A stretch of DNA of 64,000 nt from Alphaproteobacteria bacterium (GTDB taxonomy: Bacteria; Pseudomonadota; Alphaproteobacteria; Rs-D84), in assembly GCA_031555055.1 (NCBI GenBank), contig JAVBUT010000006.1, positions 3,886-67,885 of the forward strand, read 5' to 3'. The notes under the pieces are model-generated. The model ran no database searches. It was not told the DNA's origin and saw only the letters and a program-made list of their open reading frames with translations. Position numbers and translations under genes: made by a program. Below are positions 15,894-26,000 of this stretch, in pieces (position 1 is the stretch's first letter; the number at the start of each line of letters is the position of its first letter).

Positions 15894-17759
15894 ATGAGAA
15901 TGGTATCCAAGATTTTAATCGGGATTTTATGCGCGACCGTGTCATTGGCGCCCTGCTTTGCCGCGGATAAAAAATGCAATAATCGAGCATACCGGCAAAA
16001 CAATCCATCCAAATGTAAAACTGCTGAAAAAGCCGACGATTTATGGACGATCGCGCTGGTCGGCGGCGCGGCTGTTGCCGGCGCCGGGATTGCTTTGGCC
16101 GCAATGTCCGCCGGCGGCAACGACGGTTCCACAACCGGTTCCGCACCGGGATCAACTGGAAAAAGAATCCTGGTGCCGACAATGAAAATCTATGACACCG
16201 TCGGATATACGGACCCGAACTTGCTGGCGACGGCAATGTCCGCGACCGAATATGGCAAAAATCTGGAACACTATAACGAAATCCGACTGGCATATTCGCT
16301 GGCACGCGGCTTTACCGGAAAAAATTCTACCATTGCAGTTTTGGATACCGGCGACTACAGCTGGCATGGGACCGCGGTCGCAAATATCGCCGGCAACGCG
16401 ATTGCACCAAACGCCACAATAAATTCTTATAAAATCGTAAATGACAACGGCGACTTTTTATCATACGCCAAAATCGGCGAAATTATCGAATCGGAAAAAA
16501 ACGCGAAGATATTTAATTCCAGCTGGGGCATAACGACATACAACAATATCAGCGCCGCCAGCGTAAAAAGCCGCACGCAATTAGTGAATCTTACCAGCGC
16601 GAACTTTATAGATAATATAACGAGCGCCGCCACCGCACGCGATGCGATATTCGTATGGTCTGCCGGCAACGACGGAACCAAACAGAGCAACGCGTTGAGC
16701 GCTATGGGAAAAATCATTCCGGAATTGTCCGGTCATTTTATAAACGTTGTCGCATGGGATACAGCAACAGGCGAATTGGCCGAATACAGCAACGCCTGTG
16801 GCGTGACCCAGTTGTACTGTATAACCGCCCCCGGGTCCGATGTAAACATTGGCAGATTCGAAGTCAGCGGAACCAGCTTTGCCGCGCCGATGGTCGCCGG
16901 CGCCGTCGCCGTTATATCCGAAGCATTTCCATACATGACCGCGAATGAAATCACACAGTTGATATTCACAACCGCGCGCGATCTGGGGGCGGACGGAAAT
17001 GATGAAATTTACGGCTGGGGCATGCTGGACCTGGAACGCGCGACGCGCCCGGTGGGCGCCGCACTGGTACCATTGGGCGATGGCATGACGCCGCTGCGCA
17101 TGGCCAGCGCCAGCGGAACCATGGCGCGAAAATTGAAATCTGCAAATCTGCAGTTTGCATTTTTTGACAGCTTTGGCCGCGCGTTTACCGCGAACCTGAA
17201 CGACAATATTTCATTCACAGAACGCGGCCGCGGATTCGATCGTCTGCGTGCGGACGATCCGCGTGTCACATTCGCAGCGGGCAATTTCGAATTCGGATTT
17301 TCAAATGAAAACCTGCTGGTGGGCGACGGATTTTTACAAACGGATCAGAACAATCTGATCAGCTTTGTCGGATTGAAAAACGAATTCAATATCGGTGAAA
17401 TTAGCTTTTTCCAAAACGCGCGCGTCGGATTTTCCGCGCCGCGCGCGGCGTCCGAATCGTTTATATCCGGACTGTCGAACATATACAGCGCGTCTGCGAA
17501 ATTCGGCGCTGCCTGGCATGATTGGACACTTTCGATTTCAACACCGGAAACGATTATCGGTGGCGCCATGAATATGAATCTGCCGTACGCGCGCGCGGCA
17601 AATGGCGACATATTGTTTGCGAATTACGCCATTGATTTGGCGGAACGCCCGGCGCTGGAATATTCTATAAAGTACAAATTTTTGACCACATCGTTCATCG
17701 ACAATCCATTAACGCGCGACGAATTTTTCATAATGGCCAAGACAAAAATCGCATTTTAA
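15894..17759 (+). CDS. S8 (subtilisin-family) peptidase with autotransporter-like C-terminal beta-barrel
   Basis: AVLDTGD (Asp), SWHGTAVANIAG (His), SAGNDG (Asn), SGTSFAAPMVAG (Ser). The C-terminal about 250 aa are beta-strand-like and end in Phe (KTKIAF). Start uncertain (15876, 15894 or 15900). Confidence 0.8.
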   Translation: MRMVSKILIGILCATVSLAPCFAADKKCNNRAYRQNNPSKCKTAEKADDLWTIALVGGAAVAGAGIALAAMSAGGNDGSTTGSAPGSTGKRILVPTMKIYDTVGYTDPNLLATAMSATEYGKNLEHYNEIRLAYSLARGFTGKNSTIAVLDTGDYSWHGTAVANIAGNAIAPNATINSYKIVNDNGDFLSYAKIGEIIESEKNAKIFNSSWGITTYNNISAASVKSRTQLVNLTSANFIDNITSAATARDAIFVWSAGNDGTKQSNALSAMGKIIPELSGHFINVVAWDTATGELAEYSNACGVTQLYCITAPGSDVNIGRFEVSGTSFAAPMVAGAVAVISEAFPYMTANEITQLIFTTARDLGADGNDEIYGWGMLDLERATRPVGAALVPLGDGMTPLRMASASGTMARKLKSANLQFAFFDSFGRAFTANLNDNISFTERGRGFDRLRADDPRVTFAAGNFEFGFSNENLLVGDGFLQTDQNNLISFVGLKNEFNIGEISFFQNARVGFSAPRAASESFISGLSNIYSASAKFGAAWHDWTLSISTPETIIGGAMNMNLPYARAANGDILFANYAIDLAERPALEYSIKYKFLTTSFIDNPLTRDEFFIMAKTKIAF

Positions 17760-17787
17760 AAAACGCCCAGACGGGGCGTTTTTTTTA
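17758..17787. terminator. bidirectional terminator hairpin; left copy of the duplicated flank of the XRE/leader module
   Basis: AAAAAACGCCCAGACGGGGCGTTTTTTTT. Confidence 0.65.
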
Positions 17788-17979
17788 ATTTCTCATCTGT
17801 TTTAATGCGTTATTGAACAGTGTTGTCAGGATTTCTTTTGGGATCGGTCTCGCGCCAATTTCATATTCGAAAATATGACATCGCGCAACACCCAGTATTT
17901 TACTTAATGCAGTGTGTCCCATTCCGTGTTTTCGTGCGGCAGCTTTCAGGCATCTGCCAACGCGTCTGTGTTTATTCAT
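17785..17979 (-). CDS. mini XRE-family HTH protein (64 aa), copy A
   Basis: VGRCLKAAARKHGMGHTALSKILGVARCHIFEYEIGARPIP is an HTH_3-like pattern. Paralog of 30448-30660. Confidence 0.75.
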   Translation of the reverse strand: MNKHRRVGRCLKAAARKHGMGHTALSKILGVARCHIFEYEIGARPIPKEILTTLFNNALKQMRN

Positions 17980-17996
17980 GCCTTTCCCTTTTTTGT

Positions 17997-18162
17997 AAAA
18001 AAATTACCGCCGTGATGAAGGGCGGTTGGGAGTTAAGACCTATACGAGTATAGTTCGCATATTCGGGCAAGCCCTTATTTTGCAACCTCCCAACCATGCG
18101 GTTTACACATTTGGGCATTCTCGTCGAGGGTCTTATACCTCACATCGGCAATCATCCGATGC
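17997..18162 (-). ncRNA. conserved structured leader or sRNA with intrinsic terminator, copy A (ends approximate)
   Basis: About 75 percent identical by eye to 30274-30429, with compensatory changes in stems. Ends in ACCGCCC-loop-GGCGGT plus a U-run directly before the RBS of the XRE gene. Confidence 0.55.
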
Positions 18163-18168
18163 AGGTAT

Positions 18169-18197
18169 ATTGTATATCATAATTTTTACAATTTCTA
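18169..18197 (-). promoter_or_regulatory. putative promoter of leader RNA copy A (TAGAAA-N17-TACAAT)
   Basis: The sequence block TAGAAATTgTAAAAATTATGATATACAAT is conserved with copy B. Confidence 0.45.
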
Positions 18198-18262
18198 TGT
18201 TTTTTATTTACTACAAAATACCGAATGCTGGTTATTCGAAACACAAATTATGGAACAGATTT

Positions 18263-18289
18263 AAAAAACGCCCCGACGGGGCGTTTTTT
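18263..18289. terminator. bidirectional terminator hairpin; right copy of the duplicated flank
   Basis: AAAAAACGCCCCGACGGGGCGTTTTTT, one mismatch from 17758-17787. Confidence 0.65.
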
Positions 18290-18299
18290 AAATCGAAAA

Positions 18300-19043
18300 T
18301 TATCGCAGATAAAAAGTTATTGTCGATACCACGCGGACTTTTTTATTGATCGCTTGTTTTTCATTGTTTGACCACTGGTCGATCGGATCGCGCGATTCGA
18401 TTGTGAATACACCCTGGTTCGCGCTTTGTATTTTCCCAAGTCTGGCGTCAGCGTCCTTGGCAAACTGGCGGCCTGCGTCGGTTGCGTTTTTGGTCGCTTC
18501 TTCGATCATCTTTATTTTTATATCATTCAGACCGTCGAACAAATACATAGGACCGGAATAGTCTTCGGTGATCGTGACGCCCTGGCGCACCAGTTCGCCC
18601 ATGCGGCGCGAAACCGAATCGACCAGCTGTACATTCGGAGAACGAACCATAACACCGGTTTCGATAACGTATCTGTCGGTGTTTTTTTGCAGTTTTTCCG
18701 CGTCAGAATATCCGGCGCTTTTATCGCGCACCTGGATTCTGCGATTCTGGATTTCCGCATCTGTAAAACCCGATTCGCGCAGGAATACTTTTATTTTCTC
18801 GATATCGGAATCCACGCCCTTTTGCACAACGGCCAGATCGGACCCTACACGGGTGATATTAATGTTCCATACCGCCATGTCCGCGACAACGTCCATCTCG
18901 GCCAGTCCTTTGACCGTAACCGTTCTTTTCGCCAGCGACTGGTAAACACCGTTGCCGATAAAATACCCGCCCAGCGCGACGCCCGCCGCCAATATGAACA
19001 TGACCGCCGCCATGCCGAATTTAACATTTTTGAATATTTTCAT
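18300..19043 (-). CDS. SIMPL/DUF541-like periplasmic protein
   Basis: N-terminal TM or signal anchor, then RTVTVKGLAEMDVVADMAVWNINI, the typical start of the SIMPL fold. Call from memory of the family only. Confidence 0.55.
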   Translation of the reverse strand: MKIFKNVKFGMAAVMFILAAGVALGGYFIGNGVYQSLAKRTVTVKGLAEMDVVADMAVWNINITRVGSDLAVVQKGVDSDIEKIKVFLRESGFTDAEIQNRRIQVRDKSAGYSDAEKLQKNTDRYVIETGVMVRSPNVQLVDSVSRRMGELVRQGVTITEDYSGPMYLFDGLNDIKIKMIEEATKNATDAGRQFAKDADARLGKIQSANQGVFTIESRDPIDQWSNNEKQAINKKVRVVSTITFYLR

Positions 19044-19088
19044 CCGATCCCCCCGTTTTTTTAATACACTCTTATTATTATCCGATTT

Positions 19089-19943
19089 TTATTTCAAGTC
19101 AAACGAAGTTATGTAATTGAAAGATATCCCCAGGATCATATTGCTGCCGTACACATCTGCTTCGCGGGATTTAGCCAGACGATACTGGACATATGGGCCC
19201 AAAGTGAAACTGCCCCACAGGTTGGTATCCAGGCGCAAAACCGCAGACAGATCGCGTTCCAAATCCGTGCCGACATAATTCGAATAAGATAAATATTCGC
19301 GGTAATATCCGTTGGTGGATAATTTGACGCCTTCCCTTATTTCGTATTCCAGGCGCCATCCCAGTTCCGCCGCCAGCTTGTTAACCACGTTGTCAGAATA
19401 CGTGAAATCATATTCGTATACTGCGGACACATGCAGGTCTTTGACGATATCGTGATCGAATACAGCCAGACCGGTGTTTGCGCGCGCGATGTTTTGGCGT
19501 GGCGCATCACCGTTCGCAGTAAATTCCGTTTCATACTGGCCGCGTCCGGTCGGACCGAACTTAAACCCGGACGATTCCCAGCATGCGTACGACAGATCAC
19601 TGGAAAGCAAAATCTTGTCCGCATTTTCATTCGATGTGGCCACATCGTTATAAGGCTGCAGCTTTGTACGGCCGTATTCCATAAACACGCTGTTGTCCCA
19701 ATCCAGTCGTCCATGCTGGTATTCCAGCGCGACATCGGTCACGCCTTTGATAAATTCCTGGTTTGCCGCGGTCAGTGCAGCAATCGGCGAATCGGAATAT
19801 TCGGCCGCGTTCTGGACACTGGTCTGGGACAAGTCCAGCCCGATACGGCGAATATTCAGAACCAGTCCGGATGTTTGTGATTCTTCGGCGAACGCGCAAA
19901 CCGGCATTGCCATCGCGATTGCGATCAGTGATATTTTTTTCAA
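19089..19943 (-). CDS. putative outer-membrane beta-barrel protein
   Basis: Signal peptide MKKISLIAIAMAMPVCAFA. Alternating-hydrophobicity strands. Aromatic-rich C-terminus. Confidence 0.55.
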   Translation of the reverse strand: MKKISLIAIAMAMPVCAFAEESQTSGLVLNIRRIGLDLSQTSVQNAAEYSDSPIAALTAANQEFIKGVTDVALEYQHGRLDWDNSVFMEYGRTKLQPYNDVATSNENADKILLSSDLSYACWESSGFKFGPTGRGQYETEFTANGDAPRQNIARANTGLAVFDHDIVKDLHVSAVYEYDFTYSDNVVNKLAAELGWRLEYEIREGVKLSTNGYYREYLSYSNYVGTDLERDLSAVLRLDTNLWGSFTLGPYVQYRLAKSREADVYGSNMILGISFNYITSFDLK

Positions 19944-20210
19944 CTTTCAATCCTTATGTTACGGGGGGATGATAAAAGACACCGCGCAATCGCGTCAAGA
20001 AAATTATCCTATGAAAAATATTTTTATGGAAATTTTTAAAATAATGTTGCCATAATATGAATATAATCAGGTTGTGTTCGCATATTTTCTGTGTAAACCT
20101 CGTATCGTATGGCTGGAGTGACCAAGAATAAGACACATTCGTGCCCAATATTGGCGATCACTGCTTAGAATCCGTGATACAAAATCTCCAGCCACCTTTT
20201 ATAAGTTTAA

Positions 20211-20243
20211 TCATCAAGGGGCGCATCTCGCGCCCCTTGATGA
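20211..20243 (-). terminator. REP-like hairpin or terminator 3' of 20247-20864
   Basis: TCATCAAGGGGCGCATCTCGCGCCCCTTGATGA, a perfect 13-bp stem. Confidence 0.5.
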
Positions 20244-20246
20244 TTG

Positions 20247-20864
20247 TTATTTTGAAACCCTTAGAAACCCATCCGTATCGGATACGCGCCAGCCGGCGCC
20301 GCGCACAGCGTTTATGAATGCCGCGCGACTGCTGGCCGGAATACCAATGGTCAGCGTCAAACCAGAGATTCTCTTTATTTCCGGTTTTATATTTTCATTT
20401 CGCAACGCGCGATTCAGTTCGACCAGGTCACGCAGACCGCCGGCCAGATCAATGACCACAACAGACCGGTCGACGGAAACACTTTCCCCCAGCCAGTTTT
20501 CGACATCGTTATCCGCCATCCATTTTTTAGCAGCCACCGCATCAATCGTCATCTTTATATTCGCAGAGTATGTTGTCGCGGACAAGCGTTCGCCATCGAT
20601 CGTCGTCGCCGATACTAAATTGGCCAGCGTCGCATCATTTGTGTTTTTCATCAGATCGCGAAAGTCCGCGCTGTTTGCATACGGCGACAAAGTTTCGGTC
20701 ACAATCTGCCGGCGCGCCTCGACGAACGCCATCGTTTTTGCAGTTGCCGCAGTGTCGCTTGTGACATTGACCGCCGCGGAACCGGTCAGGTCCGCCGCGC
20801 TTGCCGCAGAAATAAAAAACGAAAAACTAAAAATGAAAAATAACTTTAATATCTTTTTTTGCAC
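20247..20864 (-). CDS. secreted hypothetical protein
   Basis: Signal peptide MQKKILKLFFIFSFSFFISAASA. No recognisable motif. Confidence 0.55.
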   Translation of the reverse strand: MQKKILKLFFIFSFSFFISAASAADLTGSAAVNVTSDTAATAKTMAFVEARRQIVTETLSPYANSADFRDLMKNTNDATLANLVSATTIDGERLSATTYSANIKMTIDAVAAKKWMADNDVENWLGESVSVDRSVVVIDLAGGLRDLVELNRALRNENIKPEIKRISGLTLTIGIPASSRAAFINAVRGAGWRVSDTDGFLRVSK

Positions 20865-20912
20865 AATTAATACCTTTGACCTTTATTATAAGGAATGAAA
20901 AAGTGAAAACAA

Positions 20913-22433
20913 TTAAAACTTTGCGTTAAAGCCGACGCGGATTCCCAACGATTTATAGAAAGAATTCACTTCGCCGGATGTGCTGCATACCCATCCCGGA
21001 CATTCCGTCTCTATATTTTTGATATTGATTGCGGTTTGGTTTCCGGTATCCGGGTCCAGCATGTCGGCTTCGGTGAATCCATTGTCCAGCCATTCTTCCA
21101 GGATTGTGTCGTACACACCCATATAGAAGCCTTCGTTCAGATACGTTTTCGCGTCCGCATCGCTGACGCTGTAGTAATTGTATGTCATGCCCACCGTCAG
21201 CATTATGCTGTTCGTTATCGCGGTTGACCAATTTCCGGACAAACCAAAGTTTATTGCGGAACCGATACCTGCGGAATCTTCGATGCTTTTCGGGTGTTGC
21301 CAATCAAAGCGGTACGGCTGATCACCGATTGCCTCGTATCCGGGCAACCCCAGTTCAACGCGTGCACCCACGGAATTGTTCTGGTTAATATCATAAACCA
21401 TATCCAATGCCAAATAAGGACCAGACCACGTCACTTCATACGAATGGCTGGTACCGGGCTGTTGAAAATAATAAGTATCGCCGGTGTCAATGCTTTCGGC
21501 GTCATTGCCGACCGTCATTTCATCAGTTATGGAATCACGCCAAATTATCTGCTGAACCGTTGTACCGTTTGGCCCAGGATAGTTTACAATGATAGCCGGA
21601 TCGCATTGCATTTCATCGCTGTCGGGAACGCTGAAACACGCGGACGTCGCAAACGACAACCCGTAATTCTTATCCGTCTTTAATTTATAATTAAAGTGCC
21701 GGTAACCGATCGACGGTGTGATTCTGGTATTGCCCAGCTTGAAAAAATCCGTCAATCCAAATCCGACGTTAAAGCCGAACATGCTGCCGCCGCCGGTTGT
21801 CCCAACAGACAGCGCCTGGCCGAATTCGTTTCCGATCACGGTGTCGGTGGCTTCATCGATCCATTGCGTTATAAAGTATCCGCCGTTGGTTATGTCATCA
21901 TCGACCATGTATGATTCCGCGCCTTGGAATCCGAATTTCACCCCGGCGTCCACCTGCATTTTGGTATTTCCACCGAACACGTAGCCTGCGCCGATGTCAA
22001 AGACATTCCAAGCGATATTGTCATAGTGCAATATGCTGCCGGATTGGTTCATATCGAATTGCCATTGGGCGGTTTCATACGAATAACCACCGTTCAGATA
22101 AAAGCCCGACTGGGTTCCGGAATTCGGCTGTTTCTGCTGACCTTGCTGTTGCTGGCCACGCTGTTGGGGCTGACCCTGCTGCTGTTGCTGGTACGGCGAA
22201 TATCTTGAATAGTCAGAATCCGTATAGTTTCCGGCACGCGGCTGGGCTGTTGCGGGCTGGGCGTATCTTTGTGGCGTGTATCCGGTTTGAGAATATCCGG
22301 TCCGAACGTATCCTGGCTGGGCATAGGTATTCTGCGGCGACTGGTACCCACCGGTATAATAAGTTCCGGCCGCGTCGGCATAACCAATTCCGCCCAGTGC
22401 GCACAATACAGCAAACAAAGATATTTTCTTCAT
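20913..22433 (-). CDS. outer-membrane beta-barrel protein with Tyr/Gln/Pro-rich N-terminal low-complexity region
   Basis: Signal peptide. QQQQQGQPQQRGQQQQGQQKQ tract. C-terminal beta strands ending GIRVGFNAKF (terminal Phe). Confidence 0.7.
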   Translation of the reverse strand: MKKISLFAVLCALGGIGYADAAGTYYTGGYQSPQNTYAQPGYVRTGYSQTGYTPQRYAQPATAQPRAGNYTDSDYSRYSPYQQQQQGQPQQRGQQQQGQQKQPNSGTQSGFYLNGGYSYETAQWQFDMNQSGSILHYDNIAWNVFDIGAGYVFGGNTKMQVDAGVKFGFQGAESYMVDDDITNGGYFITQWIDEATDTVIGNEFGQALSVGTTGGGSMFGFNVGFGLTDFFKLGNTRITPSIGYRHFNYKLKTDKNYGLSFATSACFSVPDSDEMQCDPAIIVNYPGPNGTTVQQIIWRDSITDEMTVGNDAESIDTGDTYYFQQPGTSHSYEVTWSGPYLALDMVYDINQNNSVGARVELGLPGYEAIGDQPYRFDWQHPKSIEDSAGIGSAINFGLSGNWSTAITNSIMLTVGMTYNYYSVSDADAKTYLNEGFYMGVYDTILEEWLDNGFTEADMLDPDTGNQTAINIKNIETECPGWVCSTSGEVNSFYKSLGIRVGFNAKF

Positions 22434-22558
22434 ATTAAAATCCTACATTCTATCCGTCTTATTTTAACATAAAATCGATTTAAAAAAAAGCTCTTAAGTA
22501 CTGGACACTATTCACTATTCGCTATACACTATTCGCTGGTACGGGGTTATGGCGGAAT

Positions 22559-22892
22559 CGCCAATTTTCACCGAAGCGAAGCAAGGGCTGAAAATTGAGC
22601 GTCACGGCGTAGCGCAGCGAAGACGGATGGTAGACACATTTTTATTGCGAGTATGGCGGAATTGGTAGACGCGCTGCCTTGAGGTGGCAGTGGAGCAATC
22701 CATAGGAGTTCGAGTCTCCTTACTCGCACCATATTTATTCATACATCTATGTTATCGGGATTTTATCCATCGCCGTCATACCGGCGAACGCCGGTAACCA
22801 GCAGTATGAAATTTAGTTTTAATAATACTGGACCCCGGCCTACGCCGGGGCGCTCAATTTTCAGCCCTCGCTACGCTCGGTGAAAATTGGCG
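22559..22892. mobile_element. insert bounded by inverted 42/43-nt hairpin repeats and carrying the intact tRNA-Leu
   Basis: CGCCAATTTTCACCGAAGCGAAGCAAGGGCTGAAAATTGAGCG (22559-22601) matches the reverse complement of 22851-22892 with 1 indel and 2 mismatches. Each arm is itself a CAATTTTCA/TGAAAATTG hairpin. Confidence 0.5.
22647..22731 (+). tRNA. tRNA-Leu (anticodon GAG), class II with long variable arm, encoded CCA
   Basis: Hand fold: GCGAGTA/TACTCGC acceptor, GCG-GAATTGGTAGA-CGC D arm, CTGCC-TTGAGGT-GGCAG anticodon arm, AGGAG-TTCGAGT-CTCCT T arm, then A-CCA. Confidence 0.93.
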
Positions 22893-23008
22893 ACTGGTAG
22901 ACGCGCAGGCTTGAGGTGCTTGTGAAGAAATTCGTATGGGTCCGAGTCCCATTAACCCCACCAGGCTTCGCCCGACCATTGACTATTGACTAATATCTAA
23001 CTTTCCCC

Positions 23009-23038
23009 TTGCCCCGAAATTCCGAAATTTGCTAACAT
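23009..23038 (+). promoter_or_regulatory. putative promoter (TTGCCC-N18-TAACAT) shared with the paralog at 43423-43452
   Basis: The block TTTCCCCTTGCCCCG..A.TT....AATTTTGCTAACAT...CC.AAGGA-ATGAGAAA is conserved upstream of both genes. Confidence 0.5.
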
Positions 23039-23050
23039 AAGCCCTAAGGA

Positions 23051-26000
23051 ATGAGAAAACTTAAGGCTCTTTTATTTGTATGCCTTGTCCCGCTTGCTTT
23101 GCACGCGGCTGTTGCCGATGATGCACTGGACGCGGCGCGCGCCGCAAAACGCGGCGTTACGAACACAATCGCCACCAGCGCAACCACAGGTCGCGGACAA
23201 TCTGGAAATTCAGATATTCTGACATCGCCGACGGCGACCCGTGTGCCCGCCGGATCACCACAAAAAACCGATACCCCCCAGGCCCGCGTAATCGCACCAC
23301 GCGACAATGCCGTCACTGCCGAACAATCCAGGTCCGCCACGACCCAAGCCGTCGCGCCACGCACACCCGGCAATGTCCAGCAACGCGCCGCAACCACCAC
23401 ACAAAAAGTTATCGACCAATCCAGAACCGCTGTCGCGCGGACCACGGCTGGCGCACCCGCCACCACCGCGCGCACTGCGACGACGGCCCCGAATGCATCG
23501 CGCGCGGCCGCAACCAATGCCGGGCGCAGTGCAACCGCACCGGTCGGACGCGCGCGCAACGCAACGTCATCGCATGTCGCACGCAGTGCGCTGGACGCCG
23601 AAGCGATCGCAAAAGTCGGTCAAAAAGATTTCAAAAAATGCCGTGAAGTTTATTACCAGTGCATGGACGAATTCTGTGCGAACAAAGACACCCAGTTAAA
23701 GCGCTGTGCCTGTTCTGCCAAGGTTCATAATTTCGACGGAATTAAACAACAAATGTCCCAGGTCGAAGACAAAATGCTGGACTTTAACGAGCGCCTGCTG
23801 ACCGTCAGTATGGAAAAAGAAGACGCCACGGCAATATCGATTGCTACAACCGGCGAACTGGCGTTCCAGACAGATGACAAATCCACGTCGAAAAAAATCC
23901 TGGATGAAATAACTAAAAAACTTAAATCCGAAACCGCAGAAACCGACATGTCGCGCAATCTGTCGGCGATATCGCTGTCTTTGGATACGGATTCTGCATT
24001 CGACACAATTGATTCCATGCTGGGGGCCGGCACGACGGTCAAGGAAGGAACCGCGCTGTACGCGGCCGCCCTGCCCGTTTGTCGCGAAATGGCGGCCGAG
24101 GTATGCGACGCGGACGCCTTGGCAATCGCGCAAAGCGGATACCAGATGGCGATTGAACAGGACTGCAACACGGTTTCAAAAACATACGAAACCATGCGCA
24201 ACACCGCCTTGGAAAAGGTCCGCGAAGGCAGTGCGCTGTTGGAAATGTCACGACTGGACATTCACCAGAAACGCAATTCCGACGACATCCTGACGTGCAA
24301 GAAAAAGATGCTGGACATGATGTCCGACGTGTCCGTTTGCGGCACAGACCTGGGCAAGTGTCTGGACACGACCGGCAAATATATCGATCCTTCGACGGGC
24401 GAAGCATTCCTGACCGTCAACCTGGCGGATTTGGACAAACTGATCACACGCCCCGCCAGCGACCAGAAATGGATATCCGTACCGGGCAACGAAAAATTCG
24501 TCACATTTATGAATTCGAAAAAGAAATATCTGGAACCGGCGATGGAAAATTGCCAAGACATATCGGACCAGGTATGGACAATGTTTTTGGAAGACGCGCT
24601 GGCCCAGATTAAAATCGCCCAGTCGCGTAAACTGGAAGATATGCGCCAAAGCTGTACCAGTCTGACCACCCAGTGCCTGTCCGACACGGCGAAATCCATA
24701 TCTGAATTCGATGCGCGCGCGCTGTCTATTTTCGGGGTAAGCGCGGACAAAACCGTGAACGAAATGTGCACCAGTGTAAAGTCCGCCTGCACCGCGCTGT
24801 TACAAACCACCAGCACCGAGGCAGACTGGGTCGGCGGCATGTCCGAAATCCAAACCGACAAAACATACGACACAATCGTCCAGACTTGCCGCGAAGTCGG
24901 CAAGGCGTGTATCATCCAGACATGCAAATCGGTATCCGGTAACTTTGGCCTGTGCGAAAGCATTGACAAGTCCGTCAACAGAAAATCCATCATCAACCGC
25001 ACGTCATGCTGGAACGAAGTGGTCCAGTGTGTCCAGTCCGCTGGCGCCACATCCATCGCCAGTGTCATGAAACGACACGCCAAGGCCGCAGACGCATCCG
25101 GCGGCGGAAACTTTTATGTCGAAAACTATGGCAAATTACCGGTCCGCGTCCAAGACCCGTTGCCTGTTCAGTGTAATCCAAAGACCGTAACAAATTCCGA
25201 CGGCACCACGACGCCCGGCCAGAATTGCGTTTACGACATCTGCGCTGATTGCGGACAACCGTACAAGCCTACATGCGAAGTATGCCGTCTGGCCGAAAGC
25301 ATTTGGGGCAACTGCGAATTCAAACCGACCGAACAATTAAGCGCCGGCGGATATAACAGGATTAAAAAGACTGTCAAAGATCGTGAAACGTTGTTGTCAT
25401 GGTTTGACACGAACACCGGCACCACCACCAACACCGACAGTTGTCGCGACACATCGTGTCCCGCAGGCAGCTTCCTTAACGCGCCCGGCGGCTATTGCGT
25501 CCCCAGTGACCAGATGTCTTCGGACCTGCTTGAATGCGTACAGGAAAAACAGTTCGACGTATCGACAACATTGACGCCCAGCTTTACAAACTGCTGTACA
25601 TCTGGGATATATGACGTTTATGGAAATTGCTGTATCGGTGGCAACGTTACGATTCCCGGAATGTTCCAGAATAACGCGACCAGCTATTACATCACCCCAA
25701 GCACCATCACCCCCCCGGCCAGTTCTTTGGATGTGTGCACGCAATCTTCTGGCACCGATGCGAAATTGACGGCTGGATTCCGTCTGATGTCGGATCAGAC
25801 ATACATACGTGCCGGCATGAATTTCCTGGTCTGTGTTGGTGGCACACTGCGCGGAACCAATCCGACGACCGCGTTCCCGTCCGGACAGACCGTCGAATGC
25901 GATGGTGGCAAGTTTATGATGATAAACAATAATGACGGAACATATGCAACACCGCATTACGCGACCAAGGTTGACGGGACACCCGACCCGACCCAGTATC

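Larger units (their letters stand above)
22543..22963 (+). pseudogene. second tRNA-Leu(GAG) gene interrupted in its D-loop by a 334-bp insert
   Basis: 5' piece GGGGTTA-TG-GCG-GAAT (22543-22558). 3' piece ACTGGTAGA-CGC-G-CAGGC-TTGAGGT-GCTTG-variable arm-ATGGG-TCCGAGT-CCCAT-TAACCCC-A-CCA (22893-22963). The acceptor halves GGGGTTA and TAACCCC pair perfectly. The T-loop has C where U55 is expected. Confidence 0.6.
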
